Both the position numbers and the translations under genes were made by a program. A stretch of DNA of 64,000 nucleotides from Malacoraja senta (lineage: Eukaryota), in NCBI GenBank assembly GCA_038087875.1, contig CM075993.1, positions 6,512,001 to 6,576,000 of the forward strand. The letters run 5' to 3'. The notes beneath the pieces were generated by a model that saw only the letters and a list, made by a program, of their open reading frames with translations, had not been told where the DNA came from and searched no databases. Below, in pieces: positions 62,701-64,000 of the stretch; the stretch's first letter is position 1, and every line of letters begins with the position of its first letter.

Positions 62701-62764
62701 ACACTGCCCGGTTAGCACCAAAGATTTATATAGACTGTGGGAGGAAACGAGCATCCGGAGAGGG

Positions 62765-64000
62765 CATGTATATGTATGGGTCTCTATTGGAGAAGGTAAA
62801 GGTTTTTAAGTTTTTGGGTGTTTGGTTTGAAGAGCGTATGACTTGGGCTGTGCATGTAGGTAAAATTGTGTTGAAGTGTGAAAAAGTTCTGAATGTTATG
62901 AGAAGTCTGGTTGGGTGTGAGTGGGGGCCAACAGGGAGACAATGTTGCTAATTTATCAGGCCATGATCAGATCTTCTCTTGACTTATGGGTGTTTTGTGT
63001 ATGGGTCTGCGTCTAAAACTGTTCTGGCTAGGCTAGATGTGTTGCAGGCAAAGGCTTTGAGGCTTTGCTGTGGAGCCTTCAGGACTTCCCCAGTCCCTGC
63101 CCTGATTGTTGAAATGGGAGAAATGCCCTTATGGTTAAGGCGCATTAAGCTAGGGTTACATTATTGGGCTAAACTTTGTGGGTGTAATGATACCTTCCCC
63201 AGCAAGGTGTTTGTTGCAAGAGGTTGATGATGGTAACAAATATAACACATTTTTTTGTCGTTATAAATCAGTGGGCTAGGAAGCTGGGTTTGGAACAAGG
63301 GGGTATTATAGAGCATACAATAAGGCTACCTGTGCCCTATTTGGTTCTTCCTGAACTGTTTATTGAGCTTGCTTTTCTTCAGGAAAAGGATAAGCGCGAG
63401 GTGACTCCAAGAATAGTGGAATATCTTAATTCAATCAGTGAGAGTACTTTGATTGTTTTTACAGATGGATCTAAAGATCCAGTTAGTGGGAGAGCTGGGT
63501 TTGGAGTGTATGTGGAGCAGCTTGGGTTGAAGATTGGCCGGCGCATTTCTGATGGAAGTTCTGTTCTCACGACTGAATTAATGGCAATTCAATGGCCTCT
63601 ATGGTGGATTGAGGAAGCCAGTTTTAGAGAAGTCATTATCTGTTCTGATTCTGCAGCTGCTCTTGAAACTTTAAGAGTAGGGAAATCTAAAGCTCGTCCT
63701 GACATTCTAAATGAAATCTTGAGTGTGTTTTCTAGAATTGGGTTTGCGTGTAACATCACTTTTTGCTGGGTTCCCGGGCATGCTGGGGTGAGGGGGAATG
63801 AGCAGGTGGACCTCATAGCAAAGGAGAGTTTAAGAAGAGAAATAGATATCCATGTATCATTGGGGAGAGTGGAACTGAGAGAAATAATTAAAGAGGGGCG
63901 TAACAAAAGAATGGCAGAGAGGATGGGAAATGGAAGTCAGGGGTAGACACTACTTTTCTATACAATCTGAAGTTAGGAAAATATGTTTCTGTACATCTCT
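62765..64000 (+). mobile_element. I/Nimb-clade LINE fragment (RT thumb + RNase H), 5'-truncated
   Basis: FKFLGVWF, xYGCFVYGSA, ALRLCCGAFRTSP; RNase H FTDGSK, TELMAI, CSDS, WVPGHAGVRGNEQVD; frameshifted. Confidence 0.85.

Overview
Repeat-dense vertebrate genomic DNA. The repeat inventory (HE1-type V-SINEs, CR1/HER1-like LINEs, Penelope terminal repeats) points to a cartilaginous fish, probably a skate or ray; this is an inference. The only host gene I can support is a minus-strand, multi-exon semaphorin-7A-like gene. Copy A has 11 exons I reconstructed by hand with GT-AG boundaries (62555 down to 18379), encoding a signal peptide and most of the Sema domain. A 200-N assembly gap follows (16692-16891). 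After it lies a second, diverged tandem copy B (intron 2 through the start of exon 5, positions 16691 to 1). All visible exonic differences between the copies are non-synonymous. Exons 8-10 of copy A carry single-base indels, from either pseudogenisation or consensus error. The introns hold a structurally complete DIRS tyrosine-recombinase retrotransposon nested in a CR1 and itself hit by an L2 and an L1. They also hold CR1, L1, Tx1, Rex/Babar and Penelope pieces with minimal hammerhead-ribozyme-like motifs, several MITEs, and a minisatellite built from the exon-7 splice donor. An I/Nimb-type LINE lies just upstream of exon 1. I found no prokaryote-type system such as CRISPR or an operon, and no clearly new biological system. 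The best leads are the diversifying SEMA7A-like duplication, the splice-donor array and the ribozyme motifs.
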